Source of the DNA: Azolla caroliniana
Lineage: Eukaryota > Plantae > Polypodiophyta
NCBI GenBank assembly: GCA_043228905.1
Contig: JBHGNT010000015.1
Coordinates: forward strand, 17,856,001 to 17,920,000
Direction of reading: 5' to 3'
DNA length: 64,000 nt
Shown here: in pieces, positions 36,806 through 51,790 of the stretch
Layout of the letters: each line of letters opens with the position of its first letter
Position numbering within the stretch: the first letter of the stretch is position 1
Position numbers and translations under genes: made by a program
The notes under the pieces: generated by a model
What the model was told of the DNA's origin: nothing
Database searches by the model: none
The model's input: only the letters and a program-made list of their open reading frames with translations

Positions 36806-38387
36806 ATATGTGTAATCTCTTTGTGAGTGTTTACTTTCGTACATATTTAAAGTTTAAGCCAATTAGGGCATTAGTGAGGTTAGCATTGCTAACAAAGCTA
36901 GCAGGTCAAGAGTGTTTCATGAAAACTTATTTATTGGTTCACCATCAATAGTGTTTCCAAAGCCCTCAACCAATTATATTGACTTGTAGTGACAACTCCA
37001 GCAATAAACCTACAACCAATTATATCGACTTGAAGATGTGAACTGCTAGAAAACCTACAACCAACACAACTTTTGGTGCCACGACCAAGGACGAAAGACC
37101 AACACTTGAATTTGTTGGTGAGCTTCTCATATGCTCCTAAAGCAAGCTTTCTTAACTTTGGGGAAGACAAGGGATTAAGAAGAGACATCTCACATATAGT
37201 TAGACCCAAGCAAAAAGGAGACAATGAATGTGAGACAAAAGACAAGATATCGAGAGAGAATGATGTACTTATGATTCCATAACTAGTGTTATTATCCTTA
37301 ATTTGGACAAGATGAACAACCAACCTTCATTATGACATTGGAAGCTAGGTGTTTGATTCCTATCTACGACAAGAGGAGCCATGGGTGTCGCAAGGTTTAG
37401 TTATTCTAGTGATTGTTAAGTGTTTTTTTTGTTCCTCATGATTTCCATTGATATTTCTTGTTATTTTCATTAAAAAAAAAATTCAATCAGGTGATTTCTT
37501 TGCTAATTACCCATTTACATTTACCTAATAAGCCTTATCATCTGATTAAATTCATGTTTTGTTTTACTTTTATTTTCTTCCTTAACTTTCAACTAATTTT
37601 AGCTATGCAGGACAATAATAAATACTAGATACCTTACATGTAAACGGCATGGGTCAAAAATGTCCATAATTTCAAAAACATAGATCACAAAATTGCATCC
37701 AAAGCAAGGCATTTTTCATGCCCTATCCCAAGAATTGTTGGAGGGCACCTAACAAACAATTTCAAATTGTACCAACAGTTTAACATAAATCACCACCTCA
37801 AGCAAATCGTCCAATCCTACTAGTCAATTTACCCTAACAACTTCCACTCCCTCCATTAAGAGCTCCATACAGCATTAAACAAACATCAACAAATGGTAGA
37901 GCATCACGTTGTGTGGGAATTACAACCATACAAAACTACTTACGTCATGCCTGGTCCAAGGACAAGAATGCAATGAAGAAATTTACTCCCCTACTCCTTA
38001 CCAATGTATTGCCCTTCACACCTAGCATATTTTACATTCACCTATTAACTCTAGCTATGTTAGAACTTGTTGCATTGGCTTAACACTCTAATTGGGAACT
38101 CAATCGGAAGCATAGGTCATGCCAGTACTCTAGAATTCCTTGTCACTTGCATCATACCATTGGGGAACATCAAGTAAAGCTTTGTTTCAAAGTCTCCTGA
38201 TTTCACTTTATATAAGGAAATCCAGTTCCAACATCATGATATACTAAGTTATAACCGAAGCCCAAAATCGTGATACATAATGTTTAGGATTTTACTGTTA
38301 CACAAAATATGTTTCTCGTGTAGTCTATATATTCAGTGCCTCTGTACACATGTCTTCTCTCTCGTACTTGAATAGCATCATCATTAG

Positions 38388-41300
38388 TCATCCTTCTACT
38401 TTAACGTTCTGAAACTCAGCAACATCCTTCTTGGCTGCAGCTTCTAGGAAGAGAAGAAACCTTGAGAGTTCAGCTGATGCTGCAATTGGCATGGATGCAT
38501 ATGCCAAGAAAGGCAGTTTGCGTAGAGTTCGACCACTTAAACCCTTACATAGCAAAAAGACAACAAAATATGCTTAGGGTTTCAAATTTGTATTAAATTG
38601 AAACAGCAAAGTTCCCCTAAAACAAGTATGGGCATACTATATAAGTTTGATTATAGTTTAAAACAACATTCCCCTAAAAACTTTTGGGATATTTTTAAAA
38701 TTCTCCCTCAGCTTTCAAATTTTTACTAGACGAGAATACCCCCTCTAGTAATACTCCTGAAGACCGTGGTAATTTTTAGAAACCATGAGTAATCTGGTAA
38801 ATATCCAAAAGGTCAAGGGTATTTTTCTGGTAAATATTCTGGTATTTTTACCTTGGTATGTTAAGGGTAGTATTTAATGTGTTTTTCCCTTGCATATATC
38901 CGTTTTAAGGAAAAGAAATATCAAGCTTGATTTCAATAAGACAAATGGAGCAAGATAAGAACACCTCTGAGATTTGAGCTGTGATCAAAAGTGACCTTGA
39001 GAATGAGAGCTCTTGTGCCTCTGGCAACTGTCCAGAAGAATTTAACGCATCGTAGGTTACAATCATTGTTTCTTTATTCTCAGTTTGCTGCATAGAGAAT
39101 GCTGTGAATTTATTAATGTTTCTAGTACTTAATTCTAATACTCACATGAATTTCTTCTACCAAGTTATATTATCAACTTCAGCAAACAATTTTTTCTCAT
39201 ATATACATGAATTATTTCCATCAAGGATATTATCAACTTCATCAAACCATGCATTACCGATTTGAAAGTAATTAGTCCAACTCTATACAGCTCTTTCACA
39301 CAAGATCGAAGGATTTCATATCGCGCTGCAAGTGATGGAGGCCCTACATAAGCTTTTATATCTGCCCGATCTACAAATGCAATATCTGCAGAGACAGGCT
39401 GTCACGTACTGAGAAGTATTTGATCAACGACAATGCTTTCTGTGACAGTGTATCCTTACCAATTGCACCAGTAATATTTGATGTAGTGAGAACAAAAACA
39501 TTTGGGCATGATTTCAATCTATCTAGCTGAGTCAAAAGAGCATTAACCACCTGCCAAAATGTGGCATACATGATAATAAGATTAGTGCTCTTGTCAGCAC
39601 TTCAAAAGAATTGACTAACAAATTAGACAAAAGAAAATAGAGACAGATTACATAAGAGTCTGGCATTTCCAGTGCTGCCAATGGAGCTTAGTGATAATTT
39701 ATGGCTTTAAGATTAATAAGGTAATAGTTTCAGAAAGAGAGAGTGAGAGTGAGTGAGAGAGAGAGTATATACATACTCTAATAGAGTCTGAAGGCTCTGA
39801 TCCTGATAGAGCAGCTTGCCTGGCAGATGCTAAACTTTCAACCTCATCTATTCAAAATCATTAGATATCAAATTTTGTGTATAACAGAAGCATGGGTCTC
39901 TCTGAGAAATACAATCAGAGAGTTAACATGGATTTTATGGATAACTGATACCATGTTAACTGACGGAACGGTACTCTATCCGAAACCCATGCTACCAGAA
40001 ATCAGAAACATTGTACCTTTCCGTCAGTGAATTAACATGGTATCTATGAAATGATATTGGCCAGAGGATTGGCAACTAGGGTTCTTTATTGAAACAGCAT
40101 ACACTCAAATACAAGCATGAAAAGATGAGCCATCCTAAGAAACCATGTTTCTTGAGATTTATTAAAATTTCAGATTCCTAAATAATAAAAAATTGTACTT
40201 ACCAATAAGTAGAAATATCAGCGTATGGTCCTCAAGAAAAGAGTGTATTTTCTGAAATAGCTTTGTGACCTGTAGAAGAACATATGTAAATGAAATTGTC
40301 ATCGCCTCTACTAGATTAGAAACAAATCTAGCAATTTTGAACATGAGCAAGAGTTATAGTGTTAGAGATTTGCATCAGCATTATGCATATTTTTAAAACT
40401 TTTTTTTTTACATCTTTATTGTAAAATAATGGGTGAGAAAATAAAGTTCACAGACTATAACTTTGACAAAAGTAATATAAACAAGTCAGAGTTTTCTAGT
40501 TATATACCAGCAGTTGTAGCAGTCAAAAAAAGAAAATTGCATACCCGTCCAGAAAAGACTGATGAAGTCTACAACAAGCAAACACATATCTAACTATGGC
40601 TAAATCTTGAAAGCTCCTATTTCCAAAAGGATAACAGAATGGTAGCAAATCCAATGGATGAATACACTTTTAGATGATGAATCCATATGTATCGTATTAC
40701 ATGGTGTCTCACTTCAATGTTGCACATTTTCTGGCATTGGGTAAAAATTGGGTGATAAATCAGTGGGAGAAAATTCTCACAGAGAAATGGTATTCACAAT
40801 TGAAATATCTGCTAAGGAATATGGTTCTATACATCATGGTGACCTGCATTGCCCTAGTTTGTTAGCCAGGTTGCGTATTACAGCATTGGAAGCTCTTTCG
40901 TGATTAGATTCTAGAGTAGCCTCTTATAAACATTTTTGCCGAAACTCATTGAGGGAGCCAATCCTGGGTCTAGGTACATAATCCATACAAAATAGAATCT
41001 TCCAAATTCCACAACTGTAAACTCATCTAGCACTTTTGAGAAAGCAGCACGCATTATGCCTCAGCAACAAGAGATAATAGTCAATTGACTAAAGGTGTCC
41101 GTAGTAGACACAGATCCCATTTTGAACCCTCTATCAAGCTGTTAATTGACAAGTGTGAAATGTCTTTAAAAAAACATGTAGTCCTCTAAAAACTGACATT
41201 TCTGAAATGCAGAACAAATCAAGCATAATTAAGATAAGTTGAGTTAATATCAAGAATCGCCCTTCATTGAAGATACTCTGAGGAGAATGTCCCCGGCTAG

Positions 41301-44300
41301 AAGTGACAAGGGAATAGATAATTCACATCCACATACTTGCCTCATCCTCAAAAGTCTTTTCAGTAGGGTCTACAATGGTATAGCCTGGTTATGCATATAT
41401 AAGATGTCATAAGCAAAAACTACACATGTTCACCATTTCAGATGCAAAATAGTGTAGGAAACAACAAAGAAACAGAAACACGTCAGCATGGGGGTGGGGG
41501 TGACATTCTAATCAATTAAAAATACTTTAATATAGTCAAATTTTCGTTCGGGTTTCCTATATAAAACACATCCTATTTCAAATAATGCTACATATATATC
41601 AATGGAGAAATACTTCAAGGAGCCATAAACCAACAAAATGTTGAAAGAAGGAAAATGTGAAAGAGATCATCTACATTAGAAGACAGACTATTAAAGTGTA
41701 AGGCGGCTTGGGGGCATGTTGAATAAAATAAGATAGTCAAAAACAAACAAGTGAAGAGGTTGAATGTAACTGTTACATATGCCCCTGTGACACAAAGTAA
41801 TCATGAAATTGAATTGATAAATTAGGACATTTACAATACATGAAATAAAAGGACTGAGTCTTCATGAGATCAATGATTGAGGTATGAATCATACCAACTT
41901 CCCACTCTCTGAAAACCATTTGCTAAAAAGGGAATGTGCATTGATCTCCAGCAACTGTGACTCTGGATATCTGATAGTGTTCTCTTTCTTAGTACCCCCA
42001 CATAATTCTTTAAACAATAACGATGGAATTTCATATTAGCCCTCTAAATAACCATATAATAATTGCAAGAAATAAATTAAGATATAGGAAGACTTGCACT
42101 CTCATATATTAGCCCTCTAATTACATTCTTGGTAAATATTATTTACTCATCCACTTCATCTTTAGGTTGCACTCATTATTATTATTTAATATCCTTACAT
42201 AGCAGTTAAACACAATGCTTTGACACATTTCGCATGGACAGGATCATCCAAAGCCAGATCATAATAGTTCTAAAACTTGATTTTCTTTCATCCATACTAT
42301 ATTTGCAGCTGACCACAAGCAATTTCCAGATGTTTGTGATGAAGCAATCAAAAGGAAATATTTCAGCATGTTTAGTAGACCAATGCAAGGAAACTGAAGA
42401 ACCTTCTGCTCAAACGAATTGAGAGCTTTTGCGCAATTGCCTTGCATAAGGATGTTTTACCAGTTCCAGGCGGTCCATGGAGCAAAATTACCCTGCAAAG
42501 AATTGGCTAAGCTGACCTCTTGGCACATGGAATCTGGTTAAAATTTTGAAAAACAAAATATAAAAAGCTATTCATGTCTATTTGTATTTGAACGATGTGT
42601 CATATGTCAATACAGATTAGCACACTAATGTCGTGCATGCACTTGTTTTACTTGCACTGGGGTATTGTGGAAAATAAATGTCAAAGTATGCACAAATCAT
42701 ACATTTCAGTTTTAATGGTTTTGTCATGACAGACTGCATTAAATATCATTTCTGTATGACAGACACTGCATGTCATATAAGCATCAATAGGTTGCCAACT
42801 ACACATAGCAGTGAGATATTGATGCAACGAATGTGCCATCCTCACAGGTGCAACAAATAAGACACAGGTAAAACATCAAACATTCACATTTCAAATTAAA
42901 ATGGAGGGAGTACACATAAATGTAGCATTCATAAAGCTCACTGAAAAGTTTTATTTATATTCATAGATTGACATATTCGCATTCGTGGGGTTTCCCATTC
43001 AAATGCAAACGAATACGAATACGAATGGGTAGTCAAGTATTCGTTTAAACCCCCCCCCAAAAAAAAAAACTTTTTTTAAAAAAAATTCCTAAGATAAAAA
43101 GAAAAGAACTTAACAATAAATAGGGATAATAAAAGAGGGACTTTGGAGACTTGACACTAATAAAATTTTATAATAAATGTATAGTCGTTTTATTTTTAAT
43201 AAATAAATAAAATAAAATAAAGGCTCATTAATTTCTCACTTTTTATTTCCTCAAAATTTATAGATATTTTTATCTTGACATTAAAAATGGTACTTCAAAC
43301 TAATTATATCTTCAAAGTTCATACTAATAGTAATCATATTTGTATAATAAATATAAAAATAATCGTTTTTAAAAAATTAATTAATTAAAATAAGTTTCAT
43401 AAACTCTCTTGACACTATAATCTATTAATGAATAATTGTTTTTTTGGTGAAATACATTTATTTAAATAAATAAATAATTTTTTATATTTATTTTACAAAA
43501 CGAATGGTTTTTTAATATTCTTGGGGCCATTTTGTATTCTCGAATATTGAGAATATTGCGCATGGAGAATATGACGAATATCACACATGTGTCAATCTAT
43601 GCTTATATTAATGAGCATTCCTATTCTATTTTAGAAGAGATGTTTAAGTTTCTCATTGGAGGAACAGTGTCATCTATTCTTTCTTGATGCATAAATATGT
43701 GTCGCTCTAGCTTCTTCCATTTATACCAGAATGGTATATTCAGAGTCAGAGTCAGAGTCAGTGCAAAGACATATGCTAAGCAATGATTTGCACCTAAACC
43801 AATGGCATTTAGTATCCAACAATCATCCATATTGCATGAAGGAATTTGACATTAGCATAGTTTGTAAATGGTAGAAATGAAATTCAGAATTTCAACCATT
43901 TTGAAAATAAACTTGACACCGAATCACGAGTGTATCACAATTCTATGTATAGATATAGCAATAAGTAAGATCACAATCGCATGATAATCATGAATAAATT
44001 TGGAAGAAAATGAGCTGCATCATAAGCCTTTATATTTTGAAATAAAGGCTATCCATATTAGCTATTTATGGATTAGAGCTCAGGTTAGAGCTCAGGTGGT
44101 TCACTGATCTTTTAAGAGAATTGTACTCACATGTATCCCATTTTATTCCATAAGCATCAAGATTCTAAATAGAATACAAGAAGAAAAACAAAAGATAAAA
44201 AATTAGATATTAGCTATTTATGGATTAGAGCTAAGTGGTTCACTGGTATTTTAAGAGAATTGTACTCACATGTATCCCATTTTATTCCATAAGCATCAAG

Positions 44301-47300
44301 ATTCTAAATAGAATACAAGAAGAAAAACAAAAGGTAAAAAATTAGATACCTAAAAGTTCTATAAACCAACAGAAAATAGGTAAGTCTGTTATAGAAATAT
44401 ATTAGAGTTCATAAAATGAGTGATACATAAAACATATAGAACAAAACTAAATCAGATAAGAAGAACAAATGGTGAAGGATTATAATGGAACACGGTGCCC
44501 ACGATAAAAACTTCAACTCTCATTGCAACATTTTTAACAGATTTCTGAATAGTGACATTTTCCTATATCCTAGGAAGCATTATAATAATTGACCAAACGG
44601 AGAAGATATATGGCATGATATGTAATATCTAAGTATTAATACCTATTCCACGAGACCAAATTAGAGTTAACTGATTTATCGGCAAATAGTAAAGCCACCT
44701 CTGCATACCGTACCAAACGCTGCTTCACATCTGCATCAAATATAAGACTACAAAAAGAAATTTGAGCAGTAGCAATATAGTTGATTGCCTTCTTAAGTTA
44801 CTTAATGACGGCTGCATAAAACTACACCTTTCCCAAAGACCATGAAATTCTTTTGCAGGAAGGGCCCAATCTTGAAAACTCGCAATATCTTCATCATCAT
44901 TCATCTCTTCTCCTGCTCCGTCATCATTAAGCTGCAGTTCAAGATTATCAATGGAAAAATTGAATGTTTGCCTGCTCTCAAAACAAGAATCAAAATCTTT
45001 CTATCTGTTCAAGCTCATTGAAGATGACGTAAATAAAACAAACTAACCCTATTAGGATAATCGATAATTGAAATTTGGTATGAAGGCTGCTTCACAGAGT
45101 AGAAAAGCCTTAATAGTTGATAAAATTTAGAAATTTCCTATTAGAGGATAAAAGTATCGATTTTCCAAAAGTATGGATGAATAAAAGTTTCAAAACAAGA
45201 AAGCAATGTCCAGAATCTGGTAGGAAGCTAAACCTGGAGCCTGTTTCTACATCTGCATAGAAGCCATCACAAAGGAAGTGCATCATGCAATCCTCTCCAC
45301 ATTTCCATAACAGCAATTATCTCTATGAGACATGTCAAATGCATGCATCCCTTTCTATAACCTTGACCTCTAGAAAATACATGCATCATATTTGACAGAA
45401 ACAGATTGTAGACGCACCCCAACTGAAAATGCGATACTTACAAATTCTCTCGAGTCTACGGGACAGTGTTTTCTCTCATGTTAAGTTGACACATTAGCAA
45501 CATGCTTTTGCCCCTAGGCCTGAAACTCTAAACCCTAAGCCTTCATGATTGGATGACAGGGATTGAAACAGTTCACCAAGTGATTCTGACAGTATTGAAC
45601 ACATGAACATATATAAAATAAAATGATGATATATATAGTTAAAATGCTGAATCACATGGTTTAGTTTTTGGAATACGTAAGATAAATAAAATAACAGACC
45701 TGATATACAAAAATGTTCAGAGAAATCTGCCAAAAAAGAAGGATATTCTTGTTATCCCTTTGTCCCCCCTCCATAGAACCTTCATTTTCTGGTTTGCTCA
45801 TTTCATTTAGACTAATTCAGAAATCATTTCGAATGAATGAATAAATAATTAAGGTCCAGCAAAACAAACAACCAAGAAGACCTGTATCAGAAATGCATAT
45901 GCTTGCAACATTGTCTAGAAGGAATGGATCATCCCTTTCTGTTATTGGAATCAGACCATTCGCATGAGTCAGACTTCTCTTTTCTAGCATCCTACAATAT
46001 AAAAAACAATGTCACCATTGGAAACCAATACCCTCATGAATTATTGTTAAGAATGTAATACAATTTTTTTGTTAAGAATGTATTCTTGTTATCTCATTAC
46101 AGGCCAAATTGGCCAACGAGAGTGTTGCTTTGAATTATGACCTTGGGTAGAAAATTGGAAAACGGATGATTATGACCAATGCTACTTTCAGTCTTTATCA
46201 GCTTTTAAATTAGTTCCCCACGTGTTTTTTACTTCACATATGTCTAGCCCTTTTATGGGTATCCAAAAGATACCTGCACATAACCACTATATGCACAAGA
46301 AGTACACTAAACCCTAAAGAACCCCTGATTTATTTTAATTTCACCAACAGAGAAGTTATAAATAACCAATGAATTTTGAGAATTTTGAGCTCGCTATAAT
46401 TTAGTCTCATATTTCTTTTATTGATAATTAATAGAAAATAATATAATAATATACAGCCCAAAAAATAGAAATGCCAGCAGTTTACAAATCTTTTAGCAAC
46501 TACAACCCATTTGTAGAGTTCCCAAAATATTCTATAATGAGCATACTATCAAAGACAGTACATCCGCTATGATTTCTGCAGCTTTCAGCTCTATAAAATG
46601 ACCTCCACTTCTCACCAAAAGGTTCTTTCAAGTTCAACAAAACACTATTTTAAGTTCAGTGGAATGAAGCAAGTTTTTTTCATGCTGCTGAATGTCACTT
46701 ATTCAAAAACATATCACTTATCTACTCACTTATAGCTTGTTTTCCATTTGATTCATAGCAAGTCACCAGTTGCACAAAATGAGACAATCCACACAAAGAT
46801 GAGGGCTTCTCAATAGTTATTTGAGGCGTTGTTGTTTGACCCTTGTAGCAACAGTGTATATAAGATCTGTGACGGACCTTCCATTCCACTTGGGTTAAGC
46901 AGGGAGCAAGTTCAATATTTTGAGAGCACATCCTCTCAATCACTGGTACTACTACATTTGTTTTTGAAAGGAACTTTCAGCATGATTAGTAAAAGAGTAA
47001 CCTTGATCAGAAAGATGGTACGACCACTTCCGAGGATATTACTATGATTTATACTAATGAACATTATGATAAGATATGGTCTGATTGGACACGTGTATAA
47101 TTGCATGAGTCATTTTAAACATTCCATGACTTATGTAAAAAGATATGAACCTGTTAATAGCACATTCAATAAGCTATTTAATGAGATATATTCTTTACTC
47201 ATTATACACTCAACAAATTATCATACAGGTATAGACATTTACTGATCATACAATCAAAGAGATCTGTTAAAAATGCATTCTTTCACAAGCCAAAACTTCA

Positions 47301-48160
47301 CAAACTATGGACTCGGTGAGTTGTGTCACATGATAAATCTTTACTGTGTAAGCATTCAATGATTTATGTATCAAGATCCATCATCAATAAGTACACTACA
47401 TTGCACAAGTTGTGGCACATGATAAATCAATAATTAAGAATACATTTTCAATAGTACGTAACAAGAAATATGTTCAAAAAGAAGAAAAGGAAGAAAAAGA
47501 AAAAGAGACAATTCAACAACATACACTCACCTCTCAACAGCCGAGCGTATATCATCATGACGTGCAGCACTGGTCGATTTTAAGCATACTTCCACTGTTA
47601 AGGGTAAAAACAGAACAGAAACGCATCAAAAGCCAAGAAAAGCAGGAAAATAAGTGGAAATATTCAGAAATCATTCAAAATTGGTAAGGAGACCTCAGAA
47701 GGCAAAAAGAAAGAACAGAAATAGAAATATTGTGGGAATCTGAAATGACGCATGATAGAGATGAAAGAAACGTTATTCAAACCCGGCACTGCTCAGAAAG
47801 AGAGTCGTAAGGGAGAAGGAATCAATTCACCAAAAGGAAAGACTGATCACGTGGTAATCTCGCGAAGAAGCATGAGAGAGAGAGAGAGATGAAAGAAGAG
47901 CTTCTACAAAAACCGGCACTACATCCTAACGGAGGTGGAACCCCGAAACCACAGTAAGGAAGCGTTTTGCAGAGATTTTGAGGAGTACCTGAAACGGGGA
48001 CCTTGTCGGAGGTTGGGTTCGCGGGAGGAGGCAGGAGCAGAAGGGGTGGAGAGTCATGGCGATGGTGAGGAGGAGGAGGAGGAGAAGGTTGCGATGGACA
48101 GAGGGCATGAGACGAGGCTTCCGGGGCATGGAGCTGAGGATCGAGGTCCATGGTGTCCAT
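38388..48160 (-). CDS. PCH2: Pachytene checkpoint protein 2 / TRIP13 AAA+ ATPase, 14 exons, about 481 aa
   Basis: Exons 48160-47989, 47594-47531, 45991-45882, 45788-45700, 44931-44828, 44747-44643, 42492-42403, 41970-41895, 40269-40203, 39847-39777, 39550-39460, 39385-39258, 39087-38965, 38543-38388; all GT-AG and phase-consistent (1446 nt). Motifs [83 protein letters not shown]. Confidence 0.95.
42962..43601. mobile_element. Non-autonomous hAT-type MITE in PCH2 intron 6
   Basis: 12-bp TIR CATAGATTGACA/TGTCAATCTATG, 8-bp TSD TTTATATT/CTTATATT, subterminal CGAATA repeats. Confidence 0.85.
44055..44348. repeat. ~150-bp tandem duplication in PCH2 intron 6
   Basis: Two near-identical copies starting ATATTAGCTATTTATGG. 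Confidence 0.9.
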
Positions 48161-48245
48161 GGCGAGACTGCAGAGAGCGAGCAGAGACAGACAGAAACGT
48201 GCGTGTCGTGGCGGGAGAAATGAAGGAATGTAAAATGAGTGAAGT

Positions 48246-48277
48246 GTTTAAACGGTTCGGTTTAAACGGTTTCCCGG
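48246..48277. promoter_or_regulatory. Candidate MSA (AACGG x2) and E2F (TTTCCCGG) sites upstream of PCH2
   Basis: GTTTAAACGGTT twice plus a TTTSSCGS match, 86-117 bp upstream of the ATG. Confidence 0.35.
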
Positions 48278-48599
48278 TTTAGCATTGCCACTTGATTATC
48301 TTCTGAAATATTTTTTTCAACAACCTTTTCATTTTTTTTTGATTGATTGAGTGAGTGAGTCCGATAGCGATGACAAGCCCAACGTTCGATCCTATTGCAA
48401 TTTTTTGGACCAAAAGCTTTGGTGATGATCTTCTTTCTTGTCATCCACCTAAGACTGCCTATCCCGACTCGTCAACATACTAGTCCCATGGTTCTGTTGC
48501 GAGAAAAACTTACCACATTCTTTACCTTCTTTGTTTTTGTTTGCCTTCACCTCTTGATTTCTCGATTGCATAGGCCTTTTCTTCGTTACTTTATCTTTT

Positions 48600-49990
48600 G
48601 GTAAGGTCACATGCATAGTGGCTACAGGGAATCTTATATTATGACCTCATCTTCAAGTCTTCTCTCTTCACATGACTAGAATTCCATGTAAGGTCCTCCC
48701 CGACTGTAGTGAAGCTTAGACACGACATTTCGGAGATGGCATTTGTGTCATCATCCAAACCGCCTTCTCCAACTTTTCATTTCCATTCCCTAGTATAATG
48801 GCTCTTTGGTGCGAAGCTTCGGAGATGCTCGTCATCCACCCGTCATCCATCTTTATTTGTGGCCTTGTCATTGGCCATTTCATGATCACGTGACAATACG
48901 GTGGTATGTTACATACCTTCTCCCTTAGTATTCTCTTCGTGTTGTACATGGGCCTCTATAGTGACATTTTTCACCATTTCCAAGTTCTCATGGGTTCTTA
49001 CGTCAATCGCTTTCATCAAGGAAGTCTGCGCCACCTCTTCTTTCTTCTTTTGCTCCTACTTCACTTCCACCTTCTATTCGGCATAAATCTTCCCTTTTAG
49101 TCTCTCATAAGCCTTCTTAATGATTCTTCCATTTCAACATTGATGTGCGCTTAACATTGGGTGTGATATCTCTTTTGTCCCAATTCCACAATTTTTTAAC
49201 TTCTTCTTTAGTTTTCAACACCTTGGAATAGTAGGTTGCGCATTGTTGGTTATTATGCGTGCACTAAAACCCACATATCAAATCATAGCACCTATTGAGA
49301 TGTTCACTTTCTACTTATCATATTGGTTGCATGCTCTTATTACTTCATCCAAATTCTCTATGACCCCATTCACTCTATTATCATCTTTTAATTGGATATC
49401 AAGCTTCATGCTTTCATCATGGCTAGTAGATCTTAAGAAAATATATAAATTTTGCCATCCCTGCCAATCTTTGATCTCCCCTCGATAGTTAAGAAAAATG
49501 ATGCTCAAACTCGACGAACACCATTGTTACACTATCGTCGCCTTTCTTCAATGTCACCCACTTGTCATGTCCATATTGACTTATCCCTAACAACTCTTCA
49601 TCTCCAAACTCTTCTATCAATTTGTGCTTGAAAGAACCCTAAGATGTGTGGGCTTCTTGAAGCTTAATGATTCTTTTGTGTAATGACACAACCACCGCCT
49701 CATTGAAGCATTTATGTTTGCTTGTCTTGTTCATACCATTTTGAAGCATTTCAACATTGTATGTATTTAAAAAAATTAGAAATATTTTCAAATGGGAATT
49801 GACCGCCACTCTAGACTGATCTTTCAATGGCACAACAACAACAAAGAGGTGACATGACCACCGTCAGTTGGAATGTTGCACCAAAACTTGAAGATCTTCT
49901 CCCACTTTTCTCCATAATATAATAATACATCTTCTCTTAACTATTGTCATTCAAGCCACACTGTGCAATGGAGTTGAGACTTTGTCTCAT
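48600..49990 (-). pseudogene. Possible decayed hAT transposase C-terminal region
   Basis: Traces such as STPLHSVA and a LVH motif; no long frame. Confidence 0.35.
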
Positions 49991-51549
49991 TTGCATTTGA
50001 TTCATATTTGTGAGCTTGTGATGTAATATGATGTTTAATCACTACAAAAATATGTTCTTCATAACCCTACTATAATTGTGTGTATCTTAATTAGAATTAG
50101 AAACAATGGTACACCCTGACACATGAATTAACACATAAAGAATATAAAATCAAGTACACATAACACACAATTAAAGAGAATATGTGACAACAAGAGAGAA
50201 TGGAAGTTTTTTTTGGGATAAATACCAAAATTCATGCTCCAATTGTTCCTAGATCGAGAGATCATGCCTCATTTACTGCTTCAAGAATCAAAAGAAGAAA
50301 AACAAGTGAAAACATCCGCTTAATTGTCCATAGGTCTCTTAATCTGTGAACCTAAAGACTCTTTAATCAACCTTGTGTTCGATGGGATGTACTGAAACGT
50401 CCCTAGGGATCCCCAACTTGTCTCTAGGTCCCTATTTGAGCCTACTCAAGGATCCTAAATTAGCTTTAGACGAAAATAGGAAATCAACCCTAGTTTAGCC
50501 TAATTTCATAAATAGTTTATCCCATATATGCCCTAGTTAGGGCCAATTAATTATTGGCTTTGGCTAAGGCAAATTTAGGCCTTGGACTAAAAGGGAGATC
50601 CTCTAGAGCCAAATAGTAAACAATTGCCACTCATTGAGGCTTGATGATTCGATGAGTGAGAGATGAAGGAGAAGGAGTAGTCCATTGCTTGTTCCCACCA
50701 TCAGTGTAGAAGTAGTTGCTACTATTGTAGCTTGGTGTTGGGAACCAATGCACAATACAACATCCAAATTCACTTACCAAGCCTAGGCATCACTTGCTCA
50801 CACTCCTAGGCTTCAAACTCCATGCATAGAGGCTACTATGCATGTCTGCCCCCTTTCCCACACAACATTACAGTTGTGTGTCCACACCCACCCCTAGGAA
50901 CGTCTTATAATGGTTCCCATGACACTTTTGGTCATGGCGGAGAACCTCAAAAAGCTTTTTGCCACCATTATGATTGCATGAAAGCTTCAACTCTACCAAA
51001 GGGTTCAAATTTGCCCAACAAAAGGATTTGCCTGTCAATTACTACACCCTTTTAATAAGTCTCAATGCGATCCTCTTGACTTCGTTGGGATGTGGATTGA
51101 CAAGGAATAGATGGTGGAAATACGCCTTTCCATACTTTTGCAACGATTCGTTATGGGTCGTTGTTCTTATCACAAGAAAACACCACCATTCTTCCACCTA
51201 TAATATATATAGCCGGTAGAATAAAGTTGTTTTGTCACGAAGAGCTTAGCCCCCAAAGGCCATTTTCTATGCACACTTGGATATTAATGTTTGTGGCCAC
51301 CAAACTAAAGGAAGAACAATGGGTTTTCGATAACAAAATGGAGGATAGCACGCAAACTCTCACATCCCGAGCGAAACTAAGAGTGAGAGCAAAAGAGGGA
51401 ACAAACCGCAAGAACAAAATGGAATGCTAGTGTTGGGTAGATCTTGGGCTTATCAAGGTGGATTTTTGTAATATGAAAAGTGATGTTAGCAACAATTGAC
51501 AATTCACAAATTATGCCACCATCTCCGATCATATGATGACTACAACAAT

Positions 51550-51790
51550 ATGTTTGTAATGAGGTAAAGTCCATGTTGACGAGTGCAAGCAATTGATGAA
51601 GTCTTTTTAGTGGACTCGAACACATCAAATCACATGATGAGTCATGGTGAACGATTTTGCTATCTACAAACACTTGAGCCACCTCATTACATAAAGCTAG
51701 GAAATAATAGTACACATTTGATTCGACACATCTGAGATGTCCCATTAGGAAATAACAATAGATATTGAAAATGTAGAAAGGAAAGAAGAA
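51550..51790 (+). mobile_element. Copia protease remnant
   Basis: LVDSNTSNHMMSH resembles the family motif YVDSGASNHMTSH. Confidence 0.45.

Noticed and set aside
47822-47988. C-terminal part of ORF 47822-48160 as coding
   Set aside because: Read-through into PCH2 intron 1 past the GT donor at 47988
50100-51430. LTR and integrase remnants
   Set aside because: Suggestive composition only; ends and motifs could not be fixed
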